Counted from the stretch's first letter, positions 27,356 to 46,020 are shown. The stretch is DNA of 64,000 nt from the human T2T-CHM13v2.0 reference genome, Homo sapiens (GCF_009914755.1 NC_060935.1); one strand, 5' to 3'. A program made the numbers and translations. Notes: generated from the sequence alone by a model not told the origin.

Positions 27356-28040
27356 CAGATCATCAGCTTGTTGATAGAGCGCTCTGGGGAACACAGGTGT
27401 TGCAAGTGGTCAGGTAAGTAGTGAACTGAGAGGCTGCCGGGAGCAGAGGCCCAGCTCTGAGGGAGAGCTGTCTTAAGCGGCCATGCTCGTTTAAAATGGG
27501 GAAAGGAACTGGAAAGTGCAAGGCAGGGCCCAACCCATATACCAGAACTGGGCATTAGATAGGCTTCCTAAACTAGAGCTAGGAGGAGGTGTCAAAGCAG
27601 AAGCTTAGTCATATCAACAGAGTGAATTGTGGGGGGAATCTGGGTAAGGAAGGTGAGGCCTGGAGCTGCATTTACAGGACAGAGGAGCCACACCAGGGAC
27701 AAGTGGGTGCAGGCACAAGGGAGCTCAGGGCCCGCAGGGACTCACTGAGGCCAGTATTACACTAAGGCTGAGCATTCTAGGACTTGGCCTCCATGGACTT
27801 GTATAGCTGAGCCTGCTCCAGCACATTCTTACTCAGAGTTGGTCAAGATTTTTGGAGCTGAGCATATAGGAAATGAAACTAATGCCTCAGCTGGGGCTAG
27901 GGGTTGAGGATATGGGGAGGGTAGCAGGCTGAGACCTCCAATTTTTCCCACTGTAAAGCTTTGTAATCTATTACAATGCAAATGCCACTGAAAAGTTAAG
28001 TAACAGGCCCCAAATCACACAGGTAGAGAATGAAACAGCA

Positions 28041-28570
<530 letters not shown>

Positions 28571-28629
28571 GAAGAAGAACAGAAGAAGAAGAAGAAGAAG
28601 AAGAAGAAGAAGAAGAAGAAGAAGAAGAA

Positions 28630-28661
<32 letters not shown>

Positions 28662-28797
28662 AGAGGAAGAAGAGGAAGAAGAGGAAGAAGAGGAAGAAGA
28701 GGAAGAAGAGGAAGAAGAGGAAGAGGAAGAAGAAGAGGAAGAGGAAGAGGAAGAAGAGAAGAAGAAGAAGAAGAGGAAGGGGAAGAGGAAGAGGGAA
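28571..28797. repeat. (GAA)n/(GAGGAAGAA)n tract; pure (GAA)23 at 28582-28650
   Basis: Counted directly. Confidence 0.97.
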
Positions 28798-28844
28798 AAT
28801 GGAAAAGCCTTTTTCAATTCTATGGGTGAGAGACAGTCTCATAT

Positions 28845-29050
28845 GATGGGTAAGAGCACAGGCTGTGAAACAAGACCACCTGAGTTCAAATCCTACCTTT
28901 GTGTTACCTTGAACAAGTTACTTAGCTCCTCTGTGCCCCAGCTCTGTCCTCTAAAATGTCAATGGCATTGACTTTGCCTGTCTCATAGGTGGTGGTGAGG
29001 ATTAAATAATGCTGTACATCTGAAGCCTTTAGAATAATGCTCAGGACCCT
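28845..29050 (+). mobile_element. MIR
   Basis: GAGTTCAAATCC...ACCTTGAACAAGTTACTTA. Confidence 0.8.
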
Positions 29051-29979
29051 CTAAGAGCTAATAATTACTAGTAGTAGGCTCTACCACAGTCAGAGAGACC
29101 AAGCATTCCCACACAAGTGTAGCCGATGACACAGTTTTGTGTAGTACCATCTCTTGTCTCTGTTTTTCCACATCATATCCTGGAAAGACTTGTCCTTGTT
29201 TATGTGTCTCTCCAGGGGTCAAATTAAATTGATAAAATCTCAGAGAGTGCCAGACATCTGGCTGCTCAGTAAGAACAGAAATAATCATCAGTGAGTCCTA
29301 AACGTGAGCCAGCCCTTCCCTAGCTAATCCTCCCCTGTTGATGGCTAGAATAATTTCTCCCATAAACTGATTATGCTGGTAAATCAAGACCTTCTTGGGC
29401 AATGAAGAAAAAACCTTAGATATATTCAGTTCTCAGGAGTAATATCATTGGTGAGACAAGCACAATTGTTATGTAGTTGAATGTATTGGAATTATCTGCT
29501 ATCCAGAGAAAGTACTTGATATTCACAGAGCCTCTCGTAAAAGGCTTCAGAGGACTTTCTGCCCATTAACTAGTTAGCCTTCACCATGTTTCTTGGAAAA
29601 AGGTACTTGTGACTGTCCCTCTTGGCTGCCCATAAAATCTTCTTATCTATCCTTTAGAACCCATCTCAGTTACCAACAAGCCTCTTCCCTCCTTTCCAAA
29701 TTGAAATTAACTACTTCTCCTCTATACTCTGTACTCTGCATCACACTTTTTTCTCTATTCCAGCAAATTTCCTTGTGTAGTTGTAGCTCCATGTCTTTCT
29801 GACATCATAGGGACAATTATTTGATGTCATGAAGTGTCTATTCATCTCTATGTCATTTTCTGCCTGCCTCTCACACACACCCAACATGTGCTCATCATGT
29901 TGGTTGCGGGTTTATTCGTATTCTGAATAAGATCCCCCTTGAAATTTTGATATATCCCTCTATAGTAGGCATCATCTGA

Positions 29980-30288
<309 letters not shown>

Positions 30289-30868
30289 AGTTGAGAAGCA
30301 TTCTTCTAACACATACCTTGCATTTAGTAGGCATTCTACAACTGTATGTGAAAATAAATAAAAGAAACCCCACATTAGAGAACTTTGGCGATTTCACCAA
30401 GCCCATAAAACCAAGATAAAACTTGGAAACCTGCCTACTGAATTTCAGCTATTATGTAAAACGAATATTGGTGCTGTGTGAATATGTTGCTATGTGGTTT
30501 TCTAAAATGTGAGGCTGGGGACTTATTGTTTTCCTTCTTTCTTTTCCTTTGTTTTTTCCCTTACTTCCTTCCACACATGCTTACTGAGCAACTATTATGT
30601 GCCAGGCATCTTGCTAGGCATTGGCGATTCAATGATGGGCAAAAGCAAACAAGGCATCTTATGGAGCTTACAGTCTGTCCAGTGCAGGGAATTGTCATAA
30701 ATCCAATAGTCAGTCCACACGTAAGGAATGTGTGCTGGCCGGCTGAGGGCAGGGTCCTAAAGGAAAGGAACACTGATCCACGAGAGCTTATTGCAGAGAG
30801 GACTGATCTAGCCTAGGAAGGGTGTGGGGAGAGGTCAAGAAGGATTTTACTGAAGAAATGACAGTTGT

Positions 30869-31822
<954 letters not shown>

Positions 31823-32465
31823 TCAAGGTTTTGAGCCAAGGTGTAATGTAAGCATACAAATAGTCTGGAAAAATAGTCTGGCTTGTCTGTGGGGAATGGA
31901 CTAGAATGTGGGGAGCATGCAAGAGAGAAAGGAGGAGACCAGTTAGCAGGCTGCTGAGTGGAGTCAGGTGCCAGATGATGGTGACTTTAATCAGGGCGGT
32001 GGCAATGAAGATGAAGAAGGTTGAAGCCATCCCATATGTAAAAAATCAACAGGACTTGGTGAGGGCATGGACTAAAGCTTAGGGCTCAGAAGAAATGTGA
32101 CTGTGAAGGTGATTGATCCAGCAGGCACTCCCCAACGTATCCTGAATACTAAGTAACTACAGCAGCTGGGAGGCTGAACAAATCATTCTGCAAAATGAGC
32201 TGCCTCCTATCAAAGGGGGAAAGACAAGAGAGGATCCAAAACTGCCTCAAAGCTTCATCCGGGGGCTGCTGTTTTTAGGGAGTATTGAAGTGTGCTGATG
32301 ATTTCCCAAGATGAGTCAGAACTCCCTACATCATCATCTCATTCCCCTGAGAACTTGGAGACCGTCTTAGCTGACAGCCTACCTCTTCCTCCACTTCTTC
32401 CCTCTCCTTCCACAAATCTGGATCAGACCCAAGGATGTGGAGTACTGTTTGATTTTTAAGAATGA

Positions 32466-32778
<313 letters not shown>

Positions 32779-33197
32779 TCTCCTCTGCTATTTGATTTCT
32801 GCTCTGCTTAATCGTTTGTTCAATCCAGGCCAATGAATCAATCAACAAACATTTCTTAAGCACTTTTCACTTATTCAACAAATATTTATTGAATGTCTAC
32901 TATGTTCCAGGCACAGCTCCAGGGGTGGGCAATATACCAGTGAACAAAATAAAGTGAACTGTAAGTTGTGGCACATGCTTCCTTAGGAGCGTGATATCTA
33001 CACATATAGATTAGAGTGAATAATACAAGACAAGTGACCAAGATGTTTTTGTTCTCATGGGATGTAAAAATGCTCAGTTAGCTTCTAAAGACTAAAAACA
33101 TTGGAAAAAATAGGAGAGAATTATAGACTGCAATAACATGGGAGGGCTCCAAAGGGAGGAGGTGTTTAAGTCAGGTTCTTAGAAGATAAAAGGAATT

Positions 33198-33567
<370 letters not shown>

Positions 33568-36500
33568 TCAGAAAGGAGAACAACATAATGGCATGCACAG
33601 AATTGGTGATCCATGGGCATATGTTTGAGATATATTGGTAAAACCAGACTGACTCAGTGATGAGTGTACATTAGAGTGGAATATAAAATGAGGTTGAATG
33701 AATCCAGTAGGAAAAGATGAGAAAAAGTCCTAAAATCAAGCAAGGGTACTTAGATGTGATTCAGTAACAGAGAGGAAGACATTGAATGCACAGGAGATGT
33801 TGTGGAGAGCACAGATATTAGCTATAGTTTTAAGTCATTCAAGCTTGAGAGTCTGTGTTTCTCAACTCACATTCAAATCCTCAAATCAGAAATAGGAAGA
33901 ACCATATCAGGACTGTACTGGGCTCTCCCCACAAGGTGGTTGCTCTGAGTGTAGGGATATCAGGTTCATAATGAAAATAGAGCCCTTGTTCTCGCTAATG
34001 AAGTGTGTTTGGGATTTTGTTTTATTGTTTTTTTGATAGGGACCAATTTTTTTTTATAGCCAATGAGAGAAAAGTAAGGAAGAAAGGAAACTTATAATGT
34101 GGTTCTAAGTGGTTTTACCACATATTTGATTAGGTCCCTAGGGGAAAGATAAAAGTTTAATTGAATAATTTAAGAAGGTGAACACGCAGAAAGGAGACTC
34201 CTTAACTACTGATTAGAAAGCATATCTGAGCTGGAAAGTATCCTCTTTGCCTTAAGTGGTGTGATAAGTGCCATTATTATGGGAAAATTCACACTATTTC
34301 AGAGTCTACAACTGTAATACGACTGTGGCTTGCCTAACACTTCTCATTTTCAAAGACATTAAATTCTTGAGTGCCTATTACCAAATGTGTAATATCTCCA
34401 CACTGCCATTCCCATACCAGCCAAAACACAATGCAGCAGAAGGACTCACTGTGTAGAAAAGTTGTCAAGAAGCCACTCTGGGTGAACAACGCCTACCAAT
34501 ATCTCCCACTTTTTCACCATCCACTTGTTTCTTAACTCTCTGCAGCTGGACTAAAATTCCCTTCTCGAAGGTCACCAATTACTTTCTAATCGCTAAATCC
34601 AGCAACTTTTCCATTTGTCTGATCTCAGTAGCATTCTATAGCACTATCTTCTTAAAACCGCATGTTTATTTGGCTCTGGGGTTGCTTCATGCTTCTGAAG
34701 TTCCCACTACTTCTCTTCTCTACACGTTGTAAAGACGAAACTACTACATCCCACCATTATCCCCTGTTCTTTATTCAGCTCTTTATTCAGCTCAGATCTC
34801 ATTCACTGTGTACGTCAGCCAACACACCTGTGTAGATGATTCCTCTTTGTTTCTGGCCCCTTTGCACCCTAATGCATACCTCATATATAGTTGGTGCCAA
34901 AAGACGTAATGAATTCCCATGTCCACATACGCAACATGAATTTCTCTTTATTTCAGACCTCCAACTCTCATTGCTCATTTGAACCTGGATCTTTCCAACC
35001 CCCAAATTTCTATACTCAAATGAATCACATTTAATACATTTAACTGTCTTGTAGTTACTTTCCAGCAAGGAGAAAAATCATGTGTCTCCTTTTCTGACTT
35101 GCTTATTTCTTTTATCCATACTCGGAGCCTTAATTCATGTTTGACTAACTTGACACTACCCCAGTCCCACCCCTGGCACCTATAGCCAATGTCCTAGGTC
35201 TATAGATTTTCCTCTAACTCCTTTTCCTTCTTTTCTATTCTTCCCTTGCTGTTTATCACTGCCCTAATTCAAGACTTTATCAGGCTGGAATGATAATTAC
35301 TAGTTTTCTAAGAGGTATTCTACTTAGAAGCATAATTAAATGAAGAAGAGTTTCTCCTGAGCTTCACTCTATCCTGCTTGCCATTGCCAGATTAATATTC
35401 CTAAAACACTTTTTTTGGTCATTTATCAGTCCAAATTCCCTAAGATTTTTAATGGTTCACATTGCCAGCAGAACCCAGTGCAAACACCTTGGCTAGTATT
35501 CTGAGCAACCAGTGTCTAGCTTTCAGTTTACTTCCCATTACACATTTCTGGACCTCCCCTCAAGCCAGGGCTATCTTGTCATCACCCCCCTTCAATACTT
35601 TGGACATATCATTGTTCTTCCTGTCCCCTGTCTTTGAAATACTTTCTTTTATCCTAGTATCCCTGTAGTTCCAGTGTCCCTACCCTAGAATACCTTTCTA
35701 GTTATCTAGTATCCTAGAATCTAGTATCTAGTATTCTAGTCTTTCCACTCCTGGGAAGGCTTTTCAACTAACAACAATGTCTCTTTCAGACGATCTCTTG
35801 AAATATTAACATACTTTGCCTTGCTCTGTCTTTTTAAAAAATTTCGTGTGAATACTGTTTTCTTGAGTTATAAACTCTTTCTAGGCAGGGATTAAGACTT
35901 TTAAATCTTTGAGTCACCCCGAAAAGATTAGCATGTTACCCTGCAAATACACTAGATGAAAACAGTTATCCATTTTCTCGAGTATTACTAGTCGGCAGGT
36001 TCTAATTCCAAAAGCCAGGAGATTATGTCCTGACTTGCCAGGTTATTGATGTGAGATTGGAAGACCCACTGGACTGGAAAAAGTGGTGAGATCACAGCAT
36101 GATACTCTGAAAAATTTCCAGAGTGTCACGCTTCAGTGATCTTTCTTTGTTGGGTCTTAAAGTCAAAGGTATAATATCCCTTAGGACAAGTTATTGAGTT
36201 TCTGTCCTACCATGCCACTGAAATTGATGTCACTGAGGTCACTGTTGACTTCCTAATTGCTAAACCCAATGGATTGGTTCTAGTTTTTGTCTTATTGGAC
36301 TTTTTTTTTTTTTAATCACTACTGTCCACTACTTCCTTCTCAGAACTTTTCTTTTGGTTTTGCTCTTCTTACTTGCTTCCTACTTTTCTGATCTCTCTTC
36401 TGTTTCCTTTGCCATTGTTATTTCCCAAAATATGATTCTGCTGCTCTTCTCCATTTATCACACTCTCTCCGTGGTCACAAATATCTCCTTGATTTAACTA

Positions 36501-36761
36501 GCTTCTGCATGTGTATGATTACATTTCTCTACTCCAGACCCCTCTGGTGGACTCCAATTTCCTGAAAGACATCTTGACTCAGATGTTTCACAGGAGTCTC
36601 AAAATTGGCAGCACTAGCATGGAACTCTATATGTCACCTACCCCTGCACTGGGGCAAATCTGCTCCTTTTGATCCTGCTTGGTTGGCTTTTTTAAATCAG
36701 CAGCAGGTCAACATTTTTGCACTCACAAAATAATTTGGAAAAACTATATACCTCTTTCACA

Positions 36762-37105
<344 letters not shown>

Positions 37106-37493
37106 TAACATATTTTAAATATTAACAATTCAAAAATAAAACTATTATAGAATTTTTAAACAGTATCCAGATAAATTTTTATTATTAATTTCATACTCAA
37201 AATCATTCATTTAAAAATACCTTAACAAGCTCTTTTATATTATTGTATAAATTTTAAGGTGTATAACATGCTATTTTGATATACACTTCGATATTGAAGT
37301 GATTACTATAGTCAAAGAAATCATCTTATGTAGTTATCTTTCTTTCTTTTTTGGTTTATGGTAAGAGTACCTAAAACATGTTCTCCTGGCAAATTTCTAG
37401 TATGCGATACAAAATTACTAACTATAACCCTCCTGCTGTACCTTAGATCTCTAGCAAGCTCTTTGTTAAGGGTTAAAAAGTTTATATATTTTT

Positions 37494-37794
37494 GGCTGGG
37501 CCCCGGTGCCTCATGCCTGTAATCCCAGCACTTTGGGAGGCTGAGGCGGGCAGATCACCTGAGGTCAGAAGTTCGAGACCAGCCTGACCAACGTGGAGAA
37601 ACCCTGTCTCTACTAAAAATACAAAATTAGCCGGGCATGGTGGTGCATGCCTGTAATCCCAGCTACTCGGGAGGCTGAGGCAAGAGAATCACTTGAACTC
37701 AGGAGGTGGAGGTTGTGGTGGGCCGAGATCGTATCATTTCACTCCAGCCTGGTCAAGAAAAGCAAAACTCTGTCTCAAAAAAAAAAAAAAAAAA
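37494..37794 (+). mobile_element. AluS-like
   Basis: TSD AAAAGTTTATA(T/C)ATTTT. Confidence 0.95.
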
Positions 37795-38226
37795 GTTTAT
37801 ACATTTTTTTCCTTGAACTTATTATTTCCATTTAACTTTCACCAATTTAGTGGTTGGAAGGATTTTATTGATCACCCTGTATACTTCTTTGCAACAAAAA
37901 TATAAATTAAGGTAGAAAAATATTTATTTTGGTGGCATAAATACATGTGTCCAAAATAAGCTATTATGAGAATTACTATCAGTACACAAGCAATTAAAAC
38001 ATAAATAATTGACTTTATGATTTTGAACATAAGAAGTAAATTTTACTGGAAATGTATCACTTAATAAGATAGATGGGACTTTAATTTTTTCCCAATCAGT
38101 TTATGTATCTGTAGTTGATATAACATATTATTAGAATAAAACAGGATTCAGCACTAATTTTATTCCATTTTATTTTTTTTATTTTATTTTTCTAATTTAT
38201 AAGTCAAAAATAACTTTGTGACCTGG

Positions 38227-38509
38227 TTTTTTTTTTTTTTTTGAGATGGGATCTCACTCTGTTGCTCAGGCTGGAGCCCAATGGCTCAGTCTTTACTTCC
38301 TGGGCTCAAGCGATCCTACCACCTTAGCCTCCCAAGTAGCTGGGGCTACAGGTGTGTGCCACCATACCTGGCTAATTTTTCAATTTTTTTAGAGAAATGG
38401 GGTCTCACTATGTTGCCCGGGATGGTCTTGAGCTCCTGGGCTCAAGCAATTCTCCCACCTAGGTCTCCCAAAGTGTTGGGATTATAGTTGTGAGCCATTG
38501 CACCCAACT
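38227..38509 (-). mobile_element. AluJ-like
   Basis: Diverged antisense dimer. Confidence 0.9.
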
Positions 38510-38889
38510 TGATCTATCATTTTAAAAGTAGATTTACTGATTTATCAGATGACAACTCCATTAGAGCTTCTTTGAATTTAAAGAATTGGGAACCATCTTA
38601 TATGCAAAAGTATTTGTTACCTAGTCATTATACTAATGTACTTTCTCAACGTTGATCATAATATTTTAAATACCCCCCCTGTTTTTGGCACATCAAAAAA
38701 TTTTATCCCGAGGCAACATGCTATAGGAATATTTAGGCTGGGTGAGAAGCATGCTTTGCTTTTGTGAAGTGGGAGAAGGATGATTTGGAAGGGAAAGCTG
38801 GAGAGGAGCTACTCGGGCAGATAAGGTTTAGGAAAGATAAACATGGAAATTCATTCCCTTAAATTATCCATGCCTACAGCTTGGTGACA

Positions 38890-39370
38890 ACCGTGTATGC
38901 TGTTTGTTGCCCGTTTGCCATCAACTCCTCACTTCCTCTTTCCTAATAAAGCTTTAATTTAGTTCAGGTATTAAACGTTACATTACCACACAAGGCAACA
39001 AAAGACTTCCCCAGCCCAGATCCAGAGGAGACTCCTGACCCATCCAAGCCAATCAACACAGGGTTCCATGGCTACAGTTATTTACTCATGTTGCCCAAGT
39101 GAGCTAAGCAGACTGAAGTCAAGACAAATGGTACTCCTGTTTGTGGGGAGAGCCTCCTCTCTCTGATGGAATGTGACTAAAAAACATGTGGCTTTCTAAC
39201 TGTCACTGTTAGCCATCCTGGGTTTGTCTACATTAGGATAACAGAAGACTGTAAAACAGAGAGGTGGAAAGAGACCAAGACTGTGAATAAACCACCGGTC
39301 AACCAGTCCTGGGGCCTGCTCTACCGCTGCTCTTTCTGTTATGTGAGATAATAAGTGTTTTTATTTAATG
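38890..39370 (+). mobile_element. Old ERVL/MaLR LTR (MLT1K/L-like)
   Basis: CTTTCCTAATAAAGC...GTTCAGG start; CTGTTATGTGAGATAATAA end. Confidence 0.45.
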
Positions 39371-39739
39371 AAACAATGATCTGTGCCCACATGCATGCAT
39401 GAATGAGCAAATAAACATGGAGTTTCAGAAGTTCTTACGTTCTCTGACTTGGGTTTTTGTAAATTTCTTTTTTTCTTTTTTTAAATTTTACCCTAATCCT
39501 GTGAGACACTGGAATTGTAATAATTTTGTAACTGATCCTCCTGTTTTTAATCTCTTCTTTGTTCCATTTATTCTACACACTGCTCCCCAGACTGATTTTT
39601 CTAAAGCATCTGCTTAAAAATCCTCCAGTGAGTTTCACAATCTGTAGAATAAAATTTAACCTCCTTGGCTTTAGTATTCCAAGTTCTGCAAACTCTGACC
39701 CTTACCTACATTTCCAGTCTTCTTCTGACATTCCCCGTT

Positions 39740-39990
39740 TCATGAGTAGCAGTGTGGCACATTAAGTAAAAACATACACTTTCAAGTTACAAGGACTTCA
39801 GCTGAAAACCACACTTCTCTGTATACCAGCTATGTGTTCTTAAGCAAGTTACTTGACTTCTTTGAGCCTTAGTTTTCTTACTTATAATCTTTAGGTAATG
39901 CTACCTACCTCGAAGGGTCATTATACAGATTATAAGTATGGGTTAAAAATGTGGAGCTTAGAAGTCATTTAAAAGATAGCGGTAGTTGTC
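39740..39990 (+). mobile_element. MIR
   Basis: AAGCAAGTTACTTGACTTCTTTGAGCCTTAGTTT. Confidence 0.75.
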
Positions 39991-42515
39991 ATTGTTATAT
40001 CTTAGGTATCAGCCACTTCTAGGCCACTTGGATTTGTGTAAACATGCAAATCCATCACAACTGCCTGGAAGGCACTGATTTCTACTTTTTTTTTTTCTCT
40101 TATCTCTCCTGTCTGGAGAACTACTTTTAATTCAAAACTATCCAAATGTCACCTTGACGCTCTAGCCTTCCTAGGGAATTCTCCCTGTGTTCTTCCACAG
40201 CACTTTGTATCCACAGAAGCATTTTAGATTGTAATTATTTATATACCTGCTACTAGTGTGGGAATTCTTGATTATCTGAATTTTATCTCATTCATTTTTG
40301 AAGCTCCCTCACATGGAATGGTGCCCAATACACAACAGATACCTGATAAAGACGAGTGAACATTGAATGAATGAGAGCCAAGGGCATAGATTATGGAATG
40401 TGGACTCTAGGAAGTTTCTTGGAGAAGCATTGTGTCTAACAACAACAACACCTGACATTTATATGCTTTGTTTCCATCTGTGAGGCACTCTACATATTTT
40501 ATCTCATATAATTCTTAAAACATCCCTGCAAGGTGGTTTTGTCCTTATCCCTACTGTACAGATGATTACACTGAGGTTTGAAAAGATAAGGGATCCACAC
40601 TCAAGAAGTGTCACAGTCGGAACCCGAAGCCAAGATTTCTCAAAAGAACTCTGTGACGATCTGGGCACTGAGCCAATGTTCCAGAGACAATGGAATTCAA
40701 AGTGGATTTTATCTGTGGATTATCAAGAAAATATCTCCAATCTTCCGTATTACCACCATATTGAGTGGTTCAGTTGAAAGAACTCAAATTAAAGTTGAGA
40801 TATCTGGGTTATAGACTTTTATCTGCTAACAGAAATTTTGGATAATTGGGGGCCAGTTATTTAACTTTCCTGGGCCTTGAACAGCTTTTCAAAGTGATCT
40901 TCAAGGCACTTTCCAGCTTTAAAAATCTTTAACCAGAGGGCAGCTATGGTATGACTGGCTTAGGGGAACTAAATCTATTGTAATGATTTCTGTTAGCAAT
41001 AGCCTTCAGTAACTTTAGGCTGAGACTAATAAAAGGCAAAAAGTATGATTTTAAGGAAGGGAGGAAATGGCTGGAAAGGAGGGAGGAAACACATTCCAGC
41101 CCTACAGACAATGCTGTTCATTGTCATTGGCCTAAATCTGCCTGCGGAGTTTTTCTGAGAAATAAAAACATCCCTGTTCTTTTAATGATGAGATTAAACG
41201 TTGATGACTCTTCTTTTTCCATTAATTCCTTTAGAAACAGAATAAATTGATTTGCTAAGATTGATCAAAGAGGCTGTATCCTTTCCCTCCCACAGACCTC
41301 TTAACTTCCAGGTTCAAAGAGGAAATAAGTGAAAAATAGGTTTTGAAATTTGCTTTTCAGAGTGGCCTATATTGCGTTTTAATTTAATTTGCTAGAATTT
41401 CACCTTTTGCCTTTGGTGGACTGATTAAATGAAATAAAATTATATCTGGGGTATCTACGTTACAACAATTGCTTAATCCTTCCATCAGAAGATGAACTGT
41501 CAAGGCCATAGACTGTCCTCGGGTAACTTCTCAGATTGCCTCCTCTAGTGACAGCTTCTGAGTTTGTGTGTCTCTGATATATAAATAGACCCAGAGCTTT
41601 CTTAATAGCAGAGCTGGACTGCCTGCTGGGCTCATTCTGAACTGTGCATATTGAGCAAAGTGGGAACTGGTCTGTTCATTCTCATAATTTTCAGCTGGTC
41701 ATTGGCATCATAAAATTGTCCAAACCATGAAACCTAGTGCAGAGCCTGGCACACAACAGGTCTCAACAAATGTTTGTTGACTAAGCTGACCTAGTACAGG
41801 CTCCTCCCTAATGCAGGAATCCCTTCTGCAGGACCTTTGAATGGCTATTCGGTTTCTGATCAAATATTGACAAGGAACGTCATGAGATAGCGTGTTTGTT
41901 CTTCCATGGGTCTAATAGTTTCCTCCCTGTCCCCATTAATCTCAGGTTTGGAATCAGAGAACAGTAGCAATTGACAGAATTGCTCCTGTTGGCAAACTGT
42001 AAGCTCTAATGGACACTGGTTGTTTATAATCTGTCAGTCTCCCTTCTCCCTTCTGTCTATAACAATAGCTAGCCCCCTTGGGAAAACTGACTCCTCCTCC
42101 CAAGTCCTGTTTCTGTCTATTGCAGGGCCCAGGAAGAGAGTTAAAATGGAGACCCCATACCATATACGTAAATATTTTAAAGTTATGTTTGGCAAACAAA
42201 TTGTTATGTGAAATATGCTGTAGGCTTTTACTTTCAGAATCTCAAAATTGAAAAATATGTGTAAATCTATGGTTTTTATATGACCAAAAGTCAGCAAAAA
42301 TAACAGATATTGTACAATTTAATTACTTGTACACATGTCTAAGTGTGTTGTTGATGGACTGGCAGTGTTTTGCTGCACAATAAAATACATATTTTATAAA
42401 TTATTATCTATCCATTCCACAAAATACTTGTCTCCTTTTCTTTCTAGCACAATAATTAATGTTATTAAAATTCACATTTTCATATAATTTGGGTTCTTTT
42501 GACAGTACTCTAAAA

Positions 42516-44215
<1,700 letters not shown>

Positions 44216-44764
44216 ATCTAAAGGAATTAAAAATAAAATATAATTGCAATAAAGTGATAAAGTTTATTTGTATATTCATAAAATATAAATAAAACGTATA
44301 AAAATATAAAATTATTTTAATATAGCTTTTCAAAAATGTTAATTTTTCTTTTGAAATAATTAAAATTATCTTAAAATCAAAAGGCCAAACATAAACTCTA
44401 ATTTTAAATAAAAATTATTTAAACAGTTGAAACTTTAATTTTTTAGGGGGGAATGTACAGGTATCTTATTAGCACTTTTTTTTACAAAAAATAAAAATAT
44501 TTACAATTCTTGTGTTCAATGATCATCCAGTTGCCTATGTAAAAACCACCATTGTATATTATACATGCTGTATTTATATTTATATCTATACTCATGTATA
44601 TATGAATATTTAAGAGTAATATGAATCATTTAATATTATAAAATGTATCTCAACCACCAGCTTGTGATTATGGAGCTAATTTGTGAGGATTTATGGGACT
44701 GTAAAATGAAACATGAAGAGAAGAAAGTGAGCAATTAGCACTAATGGGATATATATATTTGGGG

Positions 44765-45056
44765 TTTTTTTTGAGACAGGGTCTCGCTCTATCACTCAGG
44801 CTGGGGCGCACTGATGCAATCTAGGTTCAGTGCAGCTTCGACCTCCCAGGCTCAAGCAATCAATCCTCTCACCTCAGCCTACTGAGTAGCTGGGACTACA
44901 GGTGCAGGCCACCAGGTCTGGCTAATTTTTGTATTTTTTGTAGAGATAGGTTTTTGCCATGTTGCCCAGACTGCTCTTGAGCTCCTTGGCTCAAGTAATC
45001 TCCCACCTTGGCCTCCCAAAGTGCTGGGATTACAGGTGTGAACCACTGCGCCTGGC
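44765..45056 (-). mobile_element. AluJ-like
   Basis: Antisense dimer. Confidence 0.92.
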
Positions 45057-45239
45057 AGAGAAAAATGTTGCATTAGGCCAGAATCTATAACATTTATGCC
45101 ATCTGAGGGGAAGGACATGGCACATTAATAAAATAAAAAAATAAGTAAAATTACCTAAGTGCTCCTGCCACTGAAATCCTCTGCTTACTCGAAAGTGGGA
45201 TTAATCTCCAATGCTTGGGGTAGCATAAACCACAAAACG

Positions 45240-45683
45240 TGTAACCTGCACGGACCTTGGGGGACTGAAAAAAGGGGGACAAATGTGGGAATAAAGACAA
45301 GAGACAAGAGAATATGTTTGGAAGAAGGGGTCAGGGGACACCTTGCCTCTAGTGGACAAGGGCCCTGAGCTTTACACAGCCCTCCATATATATTAGGCAA
45401 AAGAGATAGCGAGAAGGGGGGTTGGAAGAAGAGGTCAGCTGCTCTGTCCCCAGTAGGCTTGCAAGACTGCATTCCTCGAACAATAGGCTCTAGATGTCCC
45501 AGTAGATAACCTCAAGGAGCCTACACCAGGGAGTGATGGCCCTCAGCAAACCTCCTGGGGCAGGCACAGAAGCGAGTTTGCCTGCATTTTGTATTCATGA
45601 TAAACAGTTTGCTGTTTGATCATATAGCCTCCAGTGGAATGCTGAGTTGGTCACGAACCCTTTGGCCTTTTCAGCTCCCAAAA
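45240..45683 (-). mobile_element. LTR3 (LTR3A-like; HERV-K3/HML-6) solo LTR
   Basis: Reverse complement reads TTGGGAGCTGAAAAGGCCAAAGGG...GGTCCGTGCAGGTTACA; 6-bp TSD AAAACG/AAAACA, typical of ERVK. Confidence 0.8.
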
Positions 45684-45689
45684 AAAACA

Positions 45690-46020
45690 TAGCATTTGGA
45701 TATAGCTTGTCTTTTGTTATGAAGACAAAAGGCAAAATATGTGAGAAGCATATCCTTTGGCCTGACTGGTGTTGGTGAGGGTGTTGGCAGCCCTCATGTT
45801 GAGAGTTTGCTTGAGAAAGAAGACATAAGAGGAATTCTGAGCCAAAAAATGGAGAAAGACTGAGTCAAAATGTCATTATTTGAGGACTTGGATCTGCTGT
45901 GTCTGAAATCTAATCTATTTCTAGACTTTTTACTTATGGGAGCTATAAAATTCCTCATCTGCTTAAACCAGTTTCACTTGGATTTCTATCAGTTGCAACC
46001 AAAAATGTTCCAATTAATAT
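45690..46020 (+). mobile_element. MLT1-type LTR 3' part (MLT1J/K-like)
   Basis: GCTTAAACCAGTTTCACTTGGATTTCTATCAGTTGCAACC end. Confidence 0.6.

Noticed and set aside
27411-27419. Perfect donor CAG|GTAAGT
   Set aside because: No convincing upstream acceptor; a single 9-mer is not unexpected in 64 kb.
34738-34765. ZNF143/SBS-like ACTACATCCCA
   Set aside because: Spacing does not fit ACTACANNTCCCA and it is not in a promoter context.
41763-41780. Palindrome TCAACAAA-TG-TTTGTTGA (a similar one lies near 32872-32895)
   Set aside because: It is the usual near-palindromic 3' end of L2 elements.
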